This document shows positions 24,401-39,400 of a DNA stretch of 64,000 nt, piece by piece. The translations under genes were made by a program, and so were the position numbers. A model generated the notes under the pieces. That model saw nothing but the letters and a program-made list of their open reading frames with translations, was not told the origin of the DNA and searched no databases. Numbering within the stretch: position 1 is the stretch's first letter; every line of letters starts with the position of its first letter. Origin of the DNA: Phallusia mammillata (lineage: Eukaryota); the NCBI GenBank assembly GCA_965637545.1, contig OZ281497.1, forward strand, positions 10,044,001 to 10,108,000. Reading direction: 5' to 3'.

Positions 24401-27400
24401 ATATCGCGAAAGCCAAGCTCGCCACTTTTTGTAGCTGATTGTAGACGACAGAATGTGGTCGGGATTAGGATGAGAATGCGATACTACGGATTTTCGAAAG
24501 TTGACTTTCACGAATGGTTGCGAATAAAATTAAATTGGGGAAAAATTTTTCGCATTTATTCATTTTAAAGGGAAGTTATATCGGTTAAAATTTGCAGTCA
24601 GTGCTTTTCCCTGTGTTTTGACTTTAAACTTTGATAAAAACTCTTCGTTGAACAAAGTAGCTTAGTTGTGATATACAGATGAAAACAAATTTATTGCATT
24701 TGATTTTACGGATTTTTTTTACTTTATCACTCAAAGCTGCGTTTAACCAAACTTAAATTGATAATTTTGCTCACATAAAAAGCAAATTAAAGAAAGGTAG
24801 TAATTCATAAATCGGTATGCAATGACATTTAACAATTACACCTATTTAAATAGTATTCCTATACAAAACAGCAATTCAACAAATATATCTTACATATCCA
24901 CCCTAGCATAATACAATACAATAGCGTAAACACGTCAGCACTCGGTTTACCTCGTTGGTCGCGTTTCCAGTCGTACTGTCGTCACTTCCGCTATTGCGGT
25001 GCTCCCGTGCTTCCGGTTCTTTGTTACGTAGCTGCTGCCGAAGGTGCATCTCGAATGGGAGTAGGAGTCTATAAATGTTAGGTTAAATATGGTAACTCAT
25101 TTCGCATGCGCTTTCGAAATTATAAACTTTAGTTTCCAATATGCAATCACGGCCCACTCATATCACTGAAGTTTTCGTTTAAAAAATAACGTTATGTTAC
25201 ATTTGTAGAAACATAGAAGACTCTAAAAGTGTACTACTAAAGACATAGGCATTAGCCAAGACTATTGGCCTCGTTTATGGTAAAAGCGTATAGTAATTGG
25301 ATTTTTGATGAGCAAACGTTTTATTATGGCGCACAATTTTCAACAACATTGCAAAACAAATGACATAATAATGACACAGGATGGAATTTACCCACCTTTC
25401 AAAGTGCTTCCTTGTACACGTAGCAGCACTTGTACATGATGGGTTTCCTCCCATACGGTCGTACACATGCTTCCACAGTCGTTTTGCCGTGACCTGCAAC
25501 AAGTTGAACACAATTGTAATTTCTGTCATGTTTCAAAGTGCTCCTTACAAACCAACGAGAAACTTAACTTTAAAGAGCGTGTGTTGATGTGGACTGTATT
25601 ATGTTTCAATTGTGTGCTAATTTGGGACACTATGGGAAATTATACAGTTACACAAATGCTGATAAACTTACCATATCATATCCACCGTATTCCTGGGAGA
25701 GTTTGAAGAATGCCCACAAATCCACTGCAAAGAAAAGAAAACGTTTAAACTCTGTCCTTTTTTCCACAAACATACAATATATATACATTGTTTACATGAC
25801 TTCGTAAATTTCACCAAAGTATTTAATGATTACAAGTTTCAATTTTTGCATACATTTTTGAAATTGGGGCGAGTTTAGTTTTGAAACACCGCAAAAGTTG
25901 ACCCGAATTATATATAATACCATTCTGTGGTACGCCAAAAAGTCCATTTAAAACGTTCCCTTACAGCAGCAGTGTAAAATTGAGAAAAAGTGGGTTTGTA
26001 AATTGTTACTCCGAAGTTTGCGTGTAACCTTATCTAACAGGACGAATACTCTTGTAATATGGGCGCCGTACTGAAACGATATTTCCGTCAGACGGGGACG
26101 TTGTGTGTTATTCTGCACACGGACGGACTCTGCGATTCCACACTTTTCGACGAAATTGCTCGAATGCTGTAACCGTGCTTTGTGCTTGCGTTATTCGCTC
26201 GATGAGCTTCGGGTCCCGAACACAATACATCGCACAGAATTGCATGAGTCAGATCCGGGAAGCCTCGTTGCGAATGCGAGCAAAACATCTGCTACCAACC
26301 CCGCCGTGTTTCTCTGTCTGTTTACAGATTCTAGGCGAACTGGCGAAAAGCTGCCGATATGTTGACGCCTATATCAAAGCTGTGAAACGCTGCTGTGATA
26401 TTTATTGCGCTTCAGTGTATCAAACAAAATATTTTTTACCTAAATTGTTTAACAATGTACCGTATTTTACGGACCGTAAGGCGCAATTTAAATCCTTTTT
26501 CCTCATAAATTGATCGTGCGCCTTATAAGCCGGTGCGCCTAATGTATGGATCAAGTAGTGCTTTATTGCTTACACTCAAAACCAGTACCGATACTATTAT
26601 TATATAAATAAACCATCGTCGTACACAATAAACTACGGTAAAAGCAACTGGGATATTCACTAGGGTATTTTTTCTTTTGCTCATTGTACTATTGTGACTT
26701 GCTTAAATTTATTACGTAACAAGTAAACTTTTATAACCCATACTCCTTAAAATACGTTGCGTTCTATAGCCCGGTGCGCCTTATGTATAAAAAACTAATC
26801 AAAGCAATTTATTGACAGTGCGCCTTATAATCGGGTGCGCTTTATGGTCCGTAAAATACGGTAATCGTTTCCATAGCCGATTTTAAACAAAGATAGAATC
26901 CACACAAAGTAGCTGGAACTACGCGACCTCAAGTGTAACAAATCGTGTGTTTTACTATATAAGCGACTGAAGGGAAAAACAGATACTTTGGTAACGCAAA
27001 AACCCATTACCGTTATCTTTAAATAACGTTTTGAAATTATTTTAAACAACCGAAAACAACAACAGCAGATGTGACCTAATCAAATCGAAAGTTCAGTTTA
27101 ATAACATCGTTCAAAGTAGGCCGTGACTTGCGCTATTTTGAACGAGAATCGAACTTTTGCTTCACGTTTTTAGCGAGACCGCTAACGATTAACGTTTTTG
27201 CTGTAAAGTGCACTCGGCGTCAATCACCTGCACGTATTGTAACACACTCGAGCTATTTGTGCAAAGATGTACCTGCGCCAAAATGCTTTGCGATGCGTGG
27301 GTTGTGTTAAAATGTCAAATTGAGCATTTCACGATGCCCTTTTGAAAGCGGACTGTTTTGCAATCTCAAAATCGTAAACATCGCGACCTGAATAACGTAT

Positions 27401-30400
27401 TAAAATGGCACTCCAATACAATAGGTATTTCAAAAAAGGCATTAAAGGGATTTTGCTTTTCGCTAATTTGAAAACACAAAACGTTAGTTTTTAAGGGTAT
27501 TATCATTTTTTCACACTAAGATTACACGAAAACATGGAAGGGGGAATTGAACGTTCGTTCCAGCACGCACATCAGCTGACATGACAACGGTTGTTAGGTT
27601 ACAAACCACGATATGATCGAATAACGGAAAGACGCATTCGAGTTTTTAGTGCAGACACTATCCCTAATAGGTTTATTCTTTCCATTCTTTTTTACACGAT
27701 AGTGTCTTGTTTCTTAACTTATAAAACGCATGAAAAATCTGCTAGCGGTTAAGTTACTTATTCTCAACTAAAAATCGTTTTCGAGAAAAAAAGAAACATT
27801 TAACTGCATAAAATCAATTTATAAAATTCCCCTAAACATACTTTTCACGTGAAAAGGTCTCAAATTACACGGCGATGAATAGCTTTTTACCTTTTCGGTG
27901 AATTACAGTATACATGAAAATGTCACGTACTCCATTCAACATTAGGCCAAATATCAACGAACATGGAAGGAATGGCCAGAAATCTAACATTTTGAAATAG
28001 CAAAGGTGTTCGGAATTTTGACCGATTTCATGCTCACACGTTTATGCAAATCAGACACGCGGTCTTAGGCAGCTCTCTGCACAACACTTTGCCGTTATTG
28101 CGTTTTATCGCAGCATTTTCCCGTGAACTAATCTCAGGCCGATCTCAAGGCAAATTATATAATGCCAAGAGGTGTTTTTACCTAGACTTGACGACAGGGA
28201 AATACCGTTATATCATGGGAAAGTTTCAGTTTCTAGGAAGTGGTGATATTTCTATGTACACGTTTTTATGTCTGTATATTTTATAGGTCAAACATCATTT
28301 AGAGCGATAATATAATCTGGGCCTATATAAAACCTTATTTTTTAAACCGAAAAAAGAAACAGTTTTGAATAACCCATCTTAAGTTTTAACAAAAAGCAAG
28401 CAAATTAGAAACCCAAATTGCGACATACACTTACCTTTTTAAATTTCACGTTAAAGTTGGTTAACAATTTAACCCTACAACAAAATCGCATATTTGAATT
28501 AGTGAAAAATAAAAACTTACATTTCTTAAATCCCAGTGACGGAATGCGTCCGATCGGTGTATTCCGCTTGCGCATAAACTGGTAGAGCTTATCGAGAAAA
28601 GCGCTCTTATTCTCCGGGATTTTGCCATCCATTAGTCCGTGCAAGAAAAGTTCCGCGCCTGGGCAGGGCGATGAAGTTCCACTTTTATCCTGCTCGTCGG
28701 CGGAGTGCGTCAGAAAATTGATCGGCGAAGACGACGGGGACGACGATGCATAGACGTCGTTGCTGTGCGTCGATGACGCCGATGAGACCGATGACTCGGC
28801 CGGCGAAGGCGCTTTTGATGGCGAATGCGAAGCTAGTAATAACTCTGTCGATGGACTTGCACTTCTTGAAGAACTAACAGAACTTGAAGTCTTTTTCTTT
28901 GATAATCCAGTATTTTCAGACGGCCAGACCGGCTTGTGATTTTCCAGCAAACTGTTCTGTATAGCGATATTAAGAGCTGTCACGGACGATCGACGACCAG
29001 AACGTTTCCTTGCTTTTGTTTTTCTTCTTCCCACCGCCGAGTTTTCTAACGCTGACGACTCTGCAACCACATCGACTGTCTGCGCGACGGTGGCGGCTGT
29101 AATCAACCCGCGGCTCGATCCAGCACCTGAATCTTCCTTCTCAATACCAGACTCGCCAACCGGTGTTGGTGTGCGGACAGGTGTTCGACGTGTTCTCTTC
29201 GACGATCTAACCAAGAACGGCACAAACTGGTCTTCGTACGCGATTGTCTGCGGCGATTTGCGCTTGCTTCTTCGGCGGCTGCTGCTTCGGCGAGTCGGGG
29301 TCGTCGCATCGACTTCGAGCTGCCCAAACACGACAAGCGAGATTACGGAAATGCGTTAACACATGCGGGTTGTCGCGCATCGCTGCCACCAATAGCGCCG
29401 CGCGATGCTCCTGCGTGAGTTTCTCGCGGATAGGAGGACAGGAGCACTCGAATGCGCGTGATTGACGCAACATTGCGAATGATTTTACGCTGATTTTGAC
29501 CGCGTTTTTGTTGAGTACTCGCACGGTGTGCGTCATCACAACATTACTCAACAAGGGTGCTCATTGACGATGACCTCATAAAGCGATTAAGTGAATTCAA
29601 AACGAAAAAATAGGGGGTTTTATTGATGCACGTTAAACAAAGTAAAACTACAAACGACAAAACACAAGAGTGAATTTTCGTGACATTTTGCCCTAGGGCT
29701 TCTTTTATTGGCACCAAAATCTCAGGTAATTTTTACTAATCGACCTTTAAGCTCTAATCCCCAATATTTAAAACCTAATAGATGATGACATAGCGTTTTT
29801 GTACAGCATGGCCTGAATGTCGGCGCCGTAAAGATTTCGGATACCAGCACTCGACGAATTTGCCACCCCTTCGACTTTCGTGGAAGCGATTTCAGGCAGC
29901 GAGAATCGAATTCTGAGAAATCGCTGGTGAGCGTGTCTCAGACCAAAACATCAAGTGGAAAAGGCGACGGCGCGCCAAATGAGAGAGCAAGAGAAAAAGG
30001 CCGGAGCCTCAACTGTCACGGATATTTCTCTCTTGCTTTCTCAATGCGATCGGATTGATAACCCACGTGGCTTGAAATCGGTTGTTGTTGTTACCATTTT
30101 ATTTTGAAAATTGCAAACTTTAGTGTGTGTAGTCACATGTGGTAAAATATTGCGCCGCTTTACACAAAAACAAATATTTTTTGTGTAGCACTACAAAACC
30201 GAAAAATAATTCTAAAGTTTGTTTTTTGATTAATTAAAACAGGAACACAATATCTATCTTCGCATTTAAAAGTGTGCTAATTTTATGCGTTTTTTCTATG
30301 GTGCAGCAAAAATTGACAAACAAAATTTGCGGTGGGAAAAGTCTCATAGGGGGCGCCAAATTTGGGCATCAGCTTCGTGACACAAGATCTCGATGTGACG

Positions 30401-33400
30401 AGTGGCGGCGACCGTCGATGCCAGAAGGCGATTAATCCCAATGTTAAAACGCAGCCTGCGGTCAAAATCGTATGGGGAGAAACTAAATTCGTGACCAGAA
30501 ACCGAGAGAATTCGGCGAAAGCCTCGAATGACGATGTGTGAGATGGCCACTGTCTTCAAGCACTAAGCCGCAAAAAGCTAGGCTCGCAACACAAAGTTAA
30601 CAGACATTGCTACCACATTGTCGTGACGTTTTTTTGCCTTTGTGGTGCCGAACCATTCAAGTACCTTTTCCCAAAATCAAAACCAACTTAATTTTTTTTA
30701 TATCGATATAAACATGCAAACACTATTTGGCTGTGCTCAGGCACGAATACCACTCCAAAAGCCAGTTACCACTCCAAAAGAGGGAATTTCATAACGTTAT
30801 CCAATTTACTCGAAATGTTAAAAACCACTGTCAAAAAAAGACAGAAATATACCCCATGCAGTTGTTCTGTTATTTGTATTCGCACTGGATAAGCAACTGT
30901 TTGTATTTTTTTACCTTTGCCATGTCGACTGGACTGTCAGTGTTTCTTCCCCGAGGATTTCCATTTGATGTTTTCTTGTTGTTCGACTTGGAACCGACGG
31001 CACCGTTCTTTTTCGGCTTCTTTCGTGGCCGTCCTTTGAAGACCGGAGCTGTAATGGAAAATATGCGATTGGACATCGTTTTTTACCAACACAAATTAAC
31101 ACAAAGAATGTAATTTTGTAATAGGCAATCCAACATTACACAAAAAAAGCGATATATTTTGTTCTTTATCGTTTCAGAGCACAAATTTTGCCAGTGACAG
31201 CCAAAAATGGGAAAGATGTTGGTGCACAAAGAATAAGCATTTAAAAAACGAATTTTACCAACCAGAAATACACTGAAAATCGCCATTTTTGGTGTTTATG
31301 ATAGTAGAAAAGGTGTGATAAAACCACACAAATTTTAAAGACCTTGGAATTTCTCATTTTCATAAAACCAATTGAAATAATCAAATTTTTTAAAATTGTA
31401 TAAAATTCTATATCGCATCACTAATTAATTTTACATCAGTCAATGCCTAATCCCGTCCCTGTTTTTTTTCATTTTCATAGTGCAGTGTAAATTTGAAACG
31501 ATTGCTGCAAAGCATTCGCAGCAAATCTGAAATCTGAGAACATATGCCAACTTAATGACGCCAAAAGCGAGATAATAGAACAAGATGCAGCAATATTGCC
31601 ACAAGAACAGGCGTCGACAGATTTCCTCTTGGTGAATCCGTGCAATTGTATCAGACTTTTAACCGGTATGTACATCGTTTGCGACAGGGAGACCGCTCGA
31701 TTAATTTGAAAGTAACAATGGTCTGGTGACGTGCTGTCAAATAATTTTTCGCAAGTCGCGGGAACCTTACACGAAAACTCCCGCCGCGGCAGGCGAATTA
31801 TATCGGGGTGGCATTTCCTGAAGACAATTGCTGTTGCAAGCAGATGTCAAACATTGCTCTCTGGTGTTACGCACACGAGTCAATAGGGGATATTTATGGC
31901 CATTCTTTCGCTGGAAATTGCCCGGGGAACACCACGTTAGGGTGTCGCTACGAAGCAGTGTATGGGACAAGCAGGCGTTAATTTTCGTCGAAAGTCAAAC
32001 TGACACGATTGTGTTCGGAGTTGGTACAGACTATGCACAGTAGTGCGATTTGCAATTTTGTCTCTCCAAGTTTCTGACAAGCAAATCAAGCCGCACGGTC
32101 ATGTCGCAAAGATTGAGCAAAAAAAGGTTTGCCTGCTGCAATACTAAATTTGCTGTTAGTTTGTTTGTTTTCAAATACGTCTATAGGCAGTTGGTTCTGC
32201 ATTGGTCCAAACGTGTTTGTAATTTTACCATTATGGAGTTTTAATATTGTTATTAAATTTGACACGACAAAAGATTTGTTGTACAAAATAAAGGTCAAAG
32301 ATTTTTGCACAAAGAAATCGCAAATTTCGTAATAATCAACAACTTGTTACGCGGGAAAGGAAACGGTGCCCAAACGCTTCCTCGGGCGCCAGTAAAATCG
32401 AAATCGTGTTTAAAATTCGTGAGTGTGGAGGCTGAAAACGGTAACTTTCACCTAAACATACGCTCCAAGGCCGCACGTCGTCGAGACAACGTAGGATTTC
32501 GGCACAGCAACCGCCCGAGTAGAGAAATGCAGACAGGCAACTGTTTTCGGCAAAATATACAGAACAGGAGTGAAATGTGGGTCGTGGCACAATTCCGCTG
32601 TTATTCAGCGTAGTGTGGTATGGCGACATTTCAAATCCAGGTGATATTTTCCAATCAAAAATAATTCGTTTGTTTATGTTTTTGCGCACCAAATGCATAA
32701 ATATGTTGGTAAAGTGGGTTTTACCCTTCTACGCATATGAATTTCACTGATATTTTAAAATTTATGCTCACAATAATATTTCTCTGAATACATGTTGTTA
32801 TTTTTTTGTCGTGCTTCACCACTATGATGCTACGGGGTTGATTTAACATTTTCCAGGCCATTATTACCACAAACTAATAACAACCGATCGTGGTTGTACT
32901 TGTTAATCTCGCCTGAATCATGTTTTTCAACCACACAGGGCGCACGTCCAACCAATAACCTTCGCAATGCGATATCCCAAGAGCAAGCGGGTAATTTCGC
33001 ATACAGCTGCAGAACCTACCCGCGGAGCTATCAAGATCATTTCCGGGGCGATTCCCGGTATTTCGCGGTGATAAGCAACGAGCCGCGGGCAAAAAAACGG
33101 CTCCCTTTGACGATAGCTTTGCCCAGAATCGCGCCTTCAGTCGGCTAATCCGAACGCTCAACGTGAAATGCCGAAAGACCGATCCAAGTGTAGATTAAGG
33201 TCGAAAATAGCGATGCCCGCATTTACGTCTCACGCGTCAGCAAAAGACAATGGGATTACGATTTGTGTGATTGTGAGTGTGTACAGGCGCCACAAGGTGG
33301 AAAAACAACATGCCTACGCCAAGGTAATTGCATGCCACACCACTCTTGTAAGTCAAGGTCGGCCCACTTGGCGAGGCGCGAATTTACATCGGATATAAAC

Positions 33401-36400
33401 GGCATCGTGCCTTGTCATTTTAAGCGCCAGCGGCTATGGGTTGGTAGCTCCAGGGCAAGCAACAATCTTTTATAAATTGCGACAACTACTTCTTGGAATG
33501 GCAAGCACGCATTTACTTCCAAACCGCACTGAATCGTTATGATTTCAGTGTGTTGAGTTTACCGATATTAGGTGAGAGGTCAATATTTTACGCACTGTAA
33601 TGCAACACAACTGTCTGCCAACATTTTGAGGTCTATCATTTTGATCTAAATGCAAATCATCTATCACAATGTAATGCTTACCAAGCTCTTCACATATGAG
33701 GTCATGTTCGAATAGTTGTGGGTATTCGAACGTGTCGCGGCAGAAAACAACGCGGGCTTTTGGGTTCTCTGACGTCACGGCGCCGAGCGCGGTCAGGAAG
33801 GTCTTGGCACCAGGTCGGGCCAACCAGTCCCGATCGACGTGTTGAACCCGTTTCATCAATGCCTTGTGTCGACAATACGCGTTCATGCTTAACATCACCA
33901 CCTCAGCCTTGTGCCGGGGTGGTTCACAGCACGCGGAGTTCGATGATTGATCGGCGGGGTTTTGATCACTCATTTGCCCGCTGACACTTTGCGGTTTCCC
34001 GGTCGAATGTGACCCGTAGCCGTTTTCTGGGAAAACACATCGTTAGAGATCAGGAAACAAAGCCGCAATTAAAGTAAGCACCAAACACGCTTACTTGACA
34101 GCAGCAGCGCCCGTTTTTCGGCATTGATGTCGTTCATGTTAACGCACGAATGGAGCATTGAGTAGCGATGCAAGGGAGCACCAGAGAGGTGGTTGAAACC
34201 ACCATTCTTGTGTGGCTAAAGTAAAACATAAAAATGCTGTAATTAATAAATTTCAACCTAAATTTACGTGGTAATTGAACCAATAGCATGAAACCTAATA
34301 ATATTCCACAGTGCTGGGTACTTGCACATGTACAATCGATCTTGAAGGTTTAAGTTTATGAAAAAAAAACAGTAAGTCATCCGTCCTTAAGACTTTGAAA
34401 AAGATAAATATTTCGTCTTAACATAACAAATTTCATCATAGTGTTCACCCACCAACCAATGAGCTGGGTGATTCTATTTTTAAGATAGATTGAAGTACAA
34501 GTTTCTTGAAGGTCAAATCTAAGTTTAAAAAACTATTTCCAAACACCTAATTCGATAGAACAATACATTAAAATGGTCATAAGGATTTTCTCCTGTTAAA
34601 ATTAGAACTTGTTTATATTAAGGTTGGGTACTGAATATACAAAATATTTACCGGGGTAAGGAGTAAGGGGCTTCCGTAATTCCACTCGCTTGGTTCAACG
34701 ATCCATGACGCCAGGTCGGTTGTTCGCATCACTATTTTGTCTGACACCGCAAGCATTTCATCCTGCCAAAAACATCAATCGTCTGTTAGATACGTATATG
34801 TAAAAAAAAGTTACGTAAATTATTTGTGGTCGTATACATAGAGATCATTTTTTTCTGCGAAAATGATTAGCACATCCACATTAACTAACGGTTTTCGTTT
34901 TTCATGAGTTCCAATAAAAACCACAAACAATTTCAGAATACAAAAATACTTGGAAATTGTAGTTATGTGTTGTAATGCAATAGCTATTCCCCATGCTAAT
35001 ATTAACCCAACGAGTAATCGGAAAAAAATTCTAAACGCTAAAACACCATTGCGTCGTTACGCCTCAGAAAAAAACAAAACAAGGCAATTGTGCAGCAAAT
35101 GAGGACGACTAGAGGTCGAGAGACGACCATAGGTGTTTACGTAGACACTCCAGGCGCGATTCGTGGAAAAGCAGCAAGTTTAAGTGCACGGTTCCTGGAG
35201 ACCTGCGCTATCATCTCGCGGGCAATTCAAGTCAGCAAGCTTCTATTACGCGCGCGACGACCACCGACAGACACGGATCGCGGTTTTATGGCGTTTTTAC
35301 AGCGTTTTGTTTGTGCGACGTTTGCCCACCACTTCTGTTTAACGTTGGTTGGAGATTTGGAGTGCGTTACGTTTTAAGGTTTGTTTTTATGTATGTATAT
35401 TGTAATGCACGCGTTGTACGTATGTTATTGTCACGTTTCAGGCGAACATTGACATACGATTTAGGGTTTGCTACTCTTGTTTGTAAATGATTTAGATTCT
35501 CATAGTAGAGAAGACTGGTTTTAGGTAACCTGATTTTAAATTAGTTTTACAAAGTCTAAAAAAAACAATGATTTTATTGCAACATCCTGAACATAAAACC
35601 AAAAATTTTAGTTGTACCAATATTAAATACTCGCAATATTGCTTGTATGTCAAACCCATTATATTTATTTTCTGTTAAAACGCCGTTGGTCATGTTTAAC
35701 TTAATTTCGAAATAAATTACAATCTTGACCGCGATTGAACATGACCCAACCTATCCCTATTGGATTAACTTAAACCACCAAGTCGCCAAACGTGTTCTTG
35801 TCATAACAAATTGTCATGTTGGTCTGGTCTGCGAACAGAGCGCTATCTAATAAAAACGCAAGTTTGCTACCTTCCAAAAACAAAGAAAATAGAAGTTTCT
35901 ACCATTTAACGTAATTTTGATAAAGAGACCACTTGATAGTATTGGTTTTGATTTACTTGTTTTTATTTGTTTGTATTGCAAATTTGTTTAGCATATTCTG
36001 TAACAACGGGCTGCCACCTAATGGAGATTACATAAAAACTTCTACGACACGATGGCGCCAAAGCGCAAAGCAGTTATAACAGACCCAACGTGAAACATCG
36101 CCCAGAACACGAAATGTTGAAGTACTTAATGTGACATTAGGTAACAAAGAGATAATACGCAAATGTTGGTGCCAAATAATTAAAGTATAATTATATTTTC
36201 TCAATTGTGAGACACATAAGTACTGAAGAACGAAAATGATTTCATGCAAATATTTTTTTTTAAATGCGAGTTACAATTGCAACAAACTCATAATTTATTC
36301 GCCACATTTAAACAACACGCCGCCTGTTCACAATTTTACAACCGACTATCAGTCCACTAAAGCGAATCAATGGCTTGACATCTCCCAAGCACTGTCACCA

Positions 36401-39400
36401 AACAAAAGCCATTCAAAGTCGATGGGAAAACAAATACGCCCCTACGAGGAGTGCAAGGAGAAGAGTGAGAGCATAAAAGAAACCAACAGAGGAGCGCCCG
36501 CTCTCCCGAGGGGCTTTGAACAGTCGGCGCAATGGTGCTTGCTAAATATTGGCCTTGGTCGATCTCCGACCTTTCAAATGCAAAAAAAGTTTGCAAGGAA
36601 CTGTAGGCAAGGAAATTGTTGAAATTAATTGCTGCGGAAATAATTATTACAGCAACGTGGTGGTACCAGTTTTGCGATCGCATTTCGAATCACGTTTGTC
36701 AGAAGGAACAATTATTTCCGTGGTTCGATAAGCGGTTGTAATCAAAACACGGTTTAACAAAGCTAGTCAGCTCTTCCGTCCTGTGTGCATAAATTATGCA
36801 GCCCGTTCGCTTAACAACAACGAATGGAGGCCTGTGATATCAAGACACTCAACTAACGAATGACCCCAATGGAACTCTAAGATTCGATACACAGTGTTGA
36901 ATTAAATAAAAAGACACCAACTTAAACCATGTGTTGTTTAATTTCAATATGTACATTTTAAAAACCTTACAAACAATGTACTTATTTGTTGGTATTATGC
37001 AGTTGCGTGGTTTATTTTAATACATAATTTTGTTACATTTGAGCATCAACACCCCTTTGCTTGAATAGTGTCATAAAATGTCGTTATCTTTTAGTACCTG
37101 AGTTGGTCGTATCTCGTATTTCAACACAAGCGTTTTATGAGGGTGCTGTGGGTGTGCGGAATTGTGCGCGACAGTGCTTACGTGTGTGTGTATGCACGCG
37201 GGTAAAGCACCTGTCGTCTGTTGATTCAGCAATTCCGATTTGTTTGAGCGGCCTGGTTTTATCACACAGTCGCCACTGCACGTCTGAATAATTCAACGAT
37301 ATCAAAAGTCGAATATCGAAAACCCTACCAATTTTGTTTTACAAGTTGAAACTAAAACAGTTTGTATATTACTAAGAGAATGATTCAAAATTTTCTCCAA
37401 TACAGATATGTTTAATTACACTATAAGTAATGGCGGATAAGGGTAGGAAATGAAAATTAAATAATTAAAAAAACTGTAGCACAAAGTAATGTCCTAAACT
37501 TACGCAAGTGATTCTAAAATGTTGTTTGTTAGGTTTCAAAAAACGTAACAAGAATAGCGCTGTAATTAATGTCAAAAAGGACAGTACTATTCCAATAAAT
37601 ACCGACCAAAATCGAGGTTGGTATCCATTAGGTAACTAAAAAACGTGAGTAACAAACTGACGGGTAGCATTTCAGTGGCAGGCAGCAATTAAATTGTAAC
37701 CGCAAGGCAAAGTGACAACGGCGAATCACACAACTTACAAATAAGGATCTAGTGGCGACGCAAATAGCTCTGTTGAAATTCGAGCGACAGCACAGATAAT
37801 TTTCACTCAAGTTTCAGTCACGCCAACTTCTCTTACACCACCGCTTTCAAACGGTTATTTGATGTCCCTGCCGCGTCACTATTTATTAGTCTTGGGTCGC
37901 TTTATTAAACCACAAAAAACGTTTACAGCACGTTTTTGGAACACTCCTATTAAATTAAAATAGAACTCGACACACATATTTAACGCAACAGAATTTGTAC
38001 ATCAATAAATCTTTACAATATATTTTCAAAATAGATGTGTTATGTTCGCCTTTAAATTAAAACATGCGGACAAAAGAATCCACTTAACAATGTGCAATTT
38101 ATTTTACAATACTTTGTGGGCAAGATGGGCATGAAAATCGCCACTTGTAAAATCCCATCCCGCCCGTGCCATTTTGAAATGCGGGAATTGTAATCTTAAT
38201 CTTGACAAAGCCACGTAATTATATCATATATGCGAGTGGATTTACATTGCAGAGATAAGAGGCAAGTAAATACCACACAACCACAGTGACGCTGAAGATC
38301 AATGTGTTCTTTTCACATGCACATATTAAGTTTTCACATGCAGTTGCCTGTTAATGTAAGTGTTACACGAAAGGTAATGAATGATGAACGTAACCAAATG
38401 AGCTCTTTGCAAAATGTCAGATGAAAAGAAATTTTTGCAATTTTAGAGCGAATTCTACGGCAAAGACACAAAATTTAAGTTAACGGTTGAAACTCAACTC
38501 AGCGAGCTTGTTAAATCGACGCGGTTCTGGTTAAGCAGTTGGACGTTATCTGCATGGTCGACAAGCAGTTGGGGCATCATTAATTATTCACAGGCCGCTG
38601 TTACACCACAAGAATTCGCAAAATTACCGGGAAATGGATCGGGTTACAGCCGCCGTGGTCTGCGCCAAAGAGGGAAAAGGGCGTAGTACCAGATGCTTGT
38701 ATAGTTTGTTTTATGCGTACCAACATGTTAAAAGTTCTTTGCTAGGTAACAAAGACTGCGGTTTTAGTAAAGGCGGTAATGATGCTGTTTACATGGGCGC
38801 CCGAAGCGATTACAAACAGCTAATAAAGGCAATGCTCTACAATAAATTAAACTTGATAAACCGCAATCTTGAAACCGATTTCATTTTCTGTTTAACTATA
38901 GTATAGTTGTTTATGTTTTTAATTTATTATTGTTATTTTCCTGCAATAGTAGGCGATTTTCAAATCACTTGTTTGCTTTGAAGTGTGTCTAATCCTCGGA
39001 ATTTACTACATCTACGCAATTAGTTTCAATTTGAACGCCGGATCATTTTCGCCGCTTGGGGTGACACAGACCCGCGAGTGTCTGGAGAGCGCAATGCGCA
39101 CAAAAGAGAAACGAAAAGAAAATGAGAAGGGAAGGAGCGACGTGGGAGCAAACAGCGAGCCTTCTGTTGGCGACAAGGATTAGCAGAAAACAATTCCGGG
39201 AATATCGTTCGTAACCTTTTGCCGGGGGATTATAGACTTACACACATCGCTTGTGGTTTAATGTTTTATCGCATTAGCAAGAGGGAGGGCTTGTTTAGCG
39301 GATTAAGAAAATGTATTAAGCGCAACTTAAAATGCAGTTCAAAAAAATTTGTGCGCCGATTTTTTGTTGATTTGATGAAATCTTCTGATGAATTAATTTC

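Noticed and set aside
33545-33681. Extension of the ARID5 exon along ORF 33545-33973
   Set aside because: The donor G|GTAAGC at 33681 restores the conserved ICEEL-APVFKGRPRKK junction, so the rest is intron read-through.
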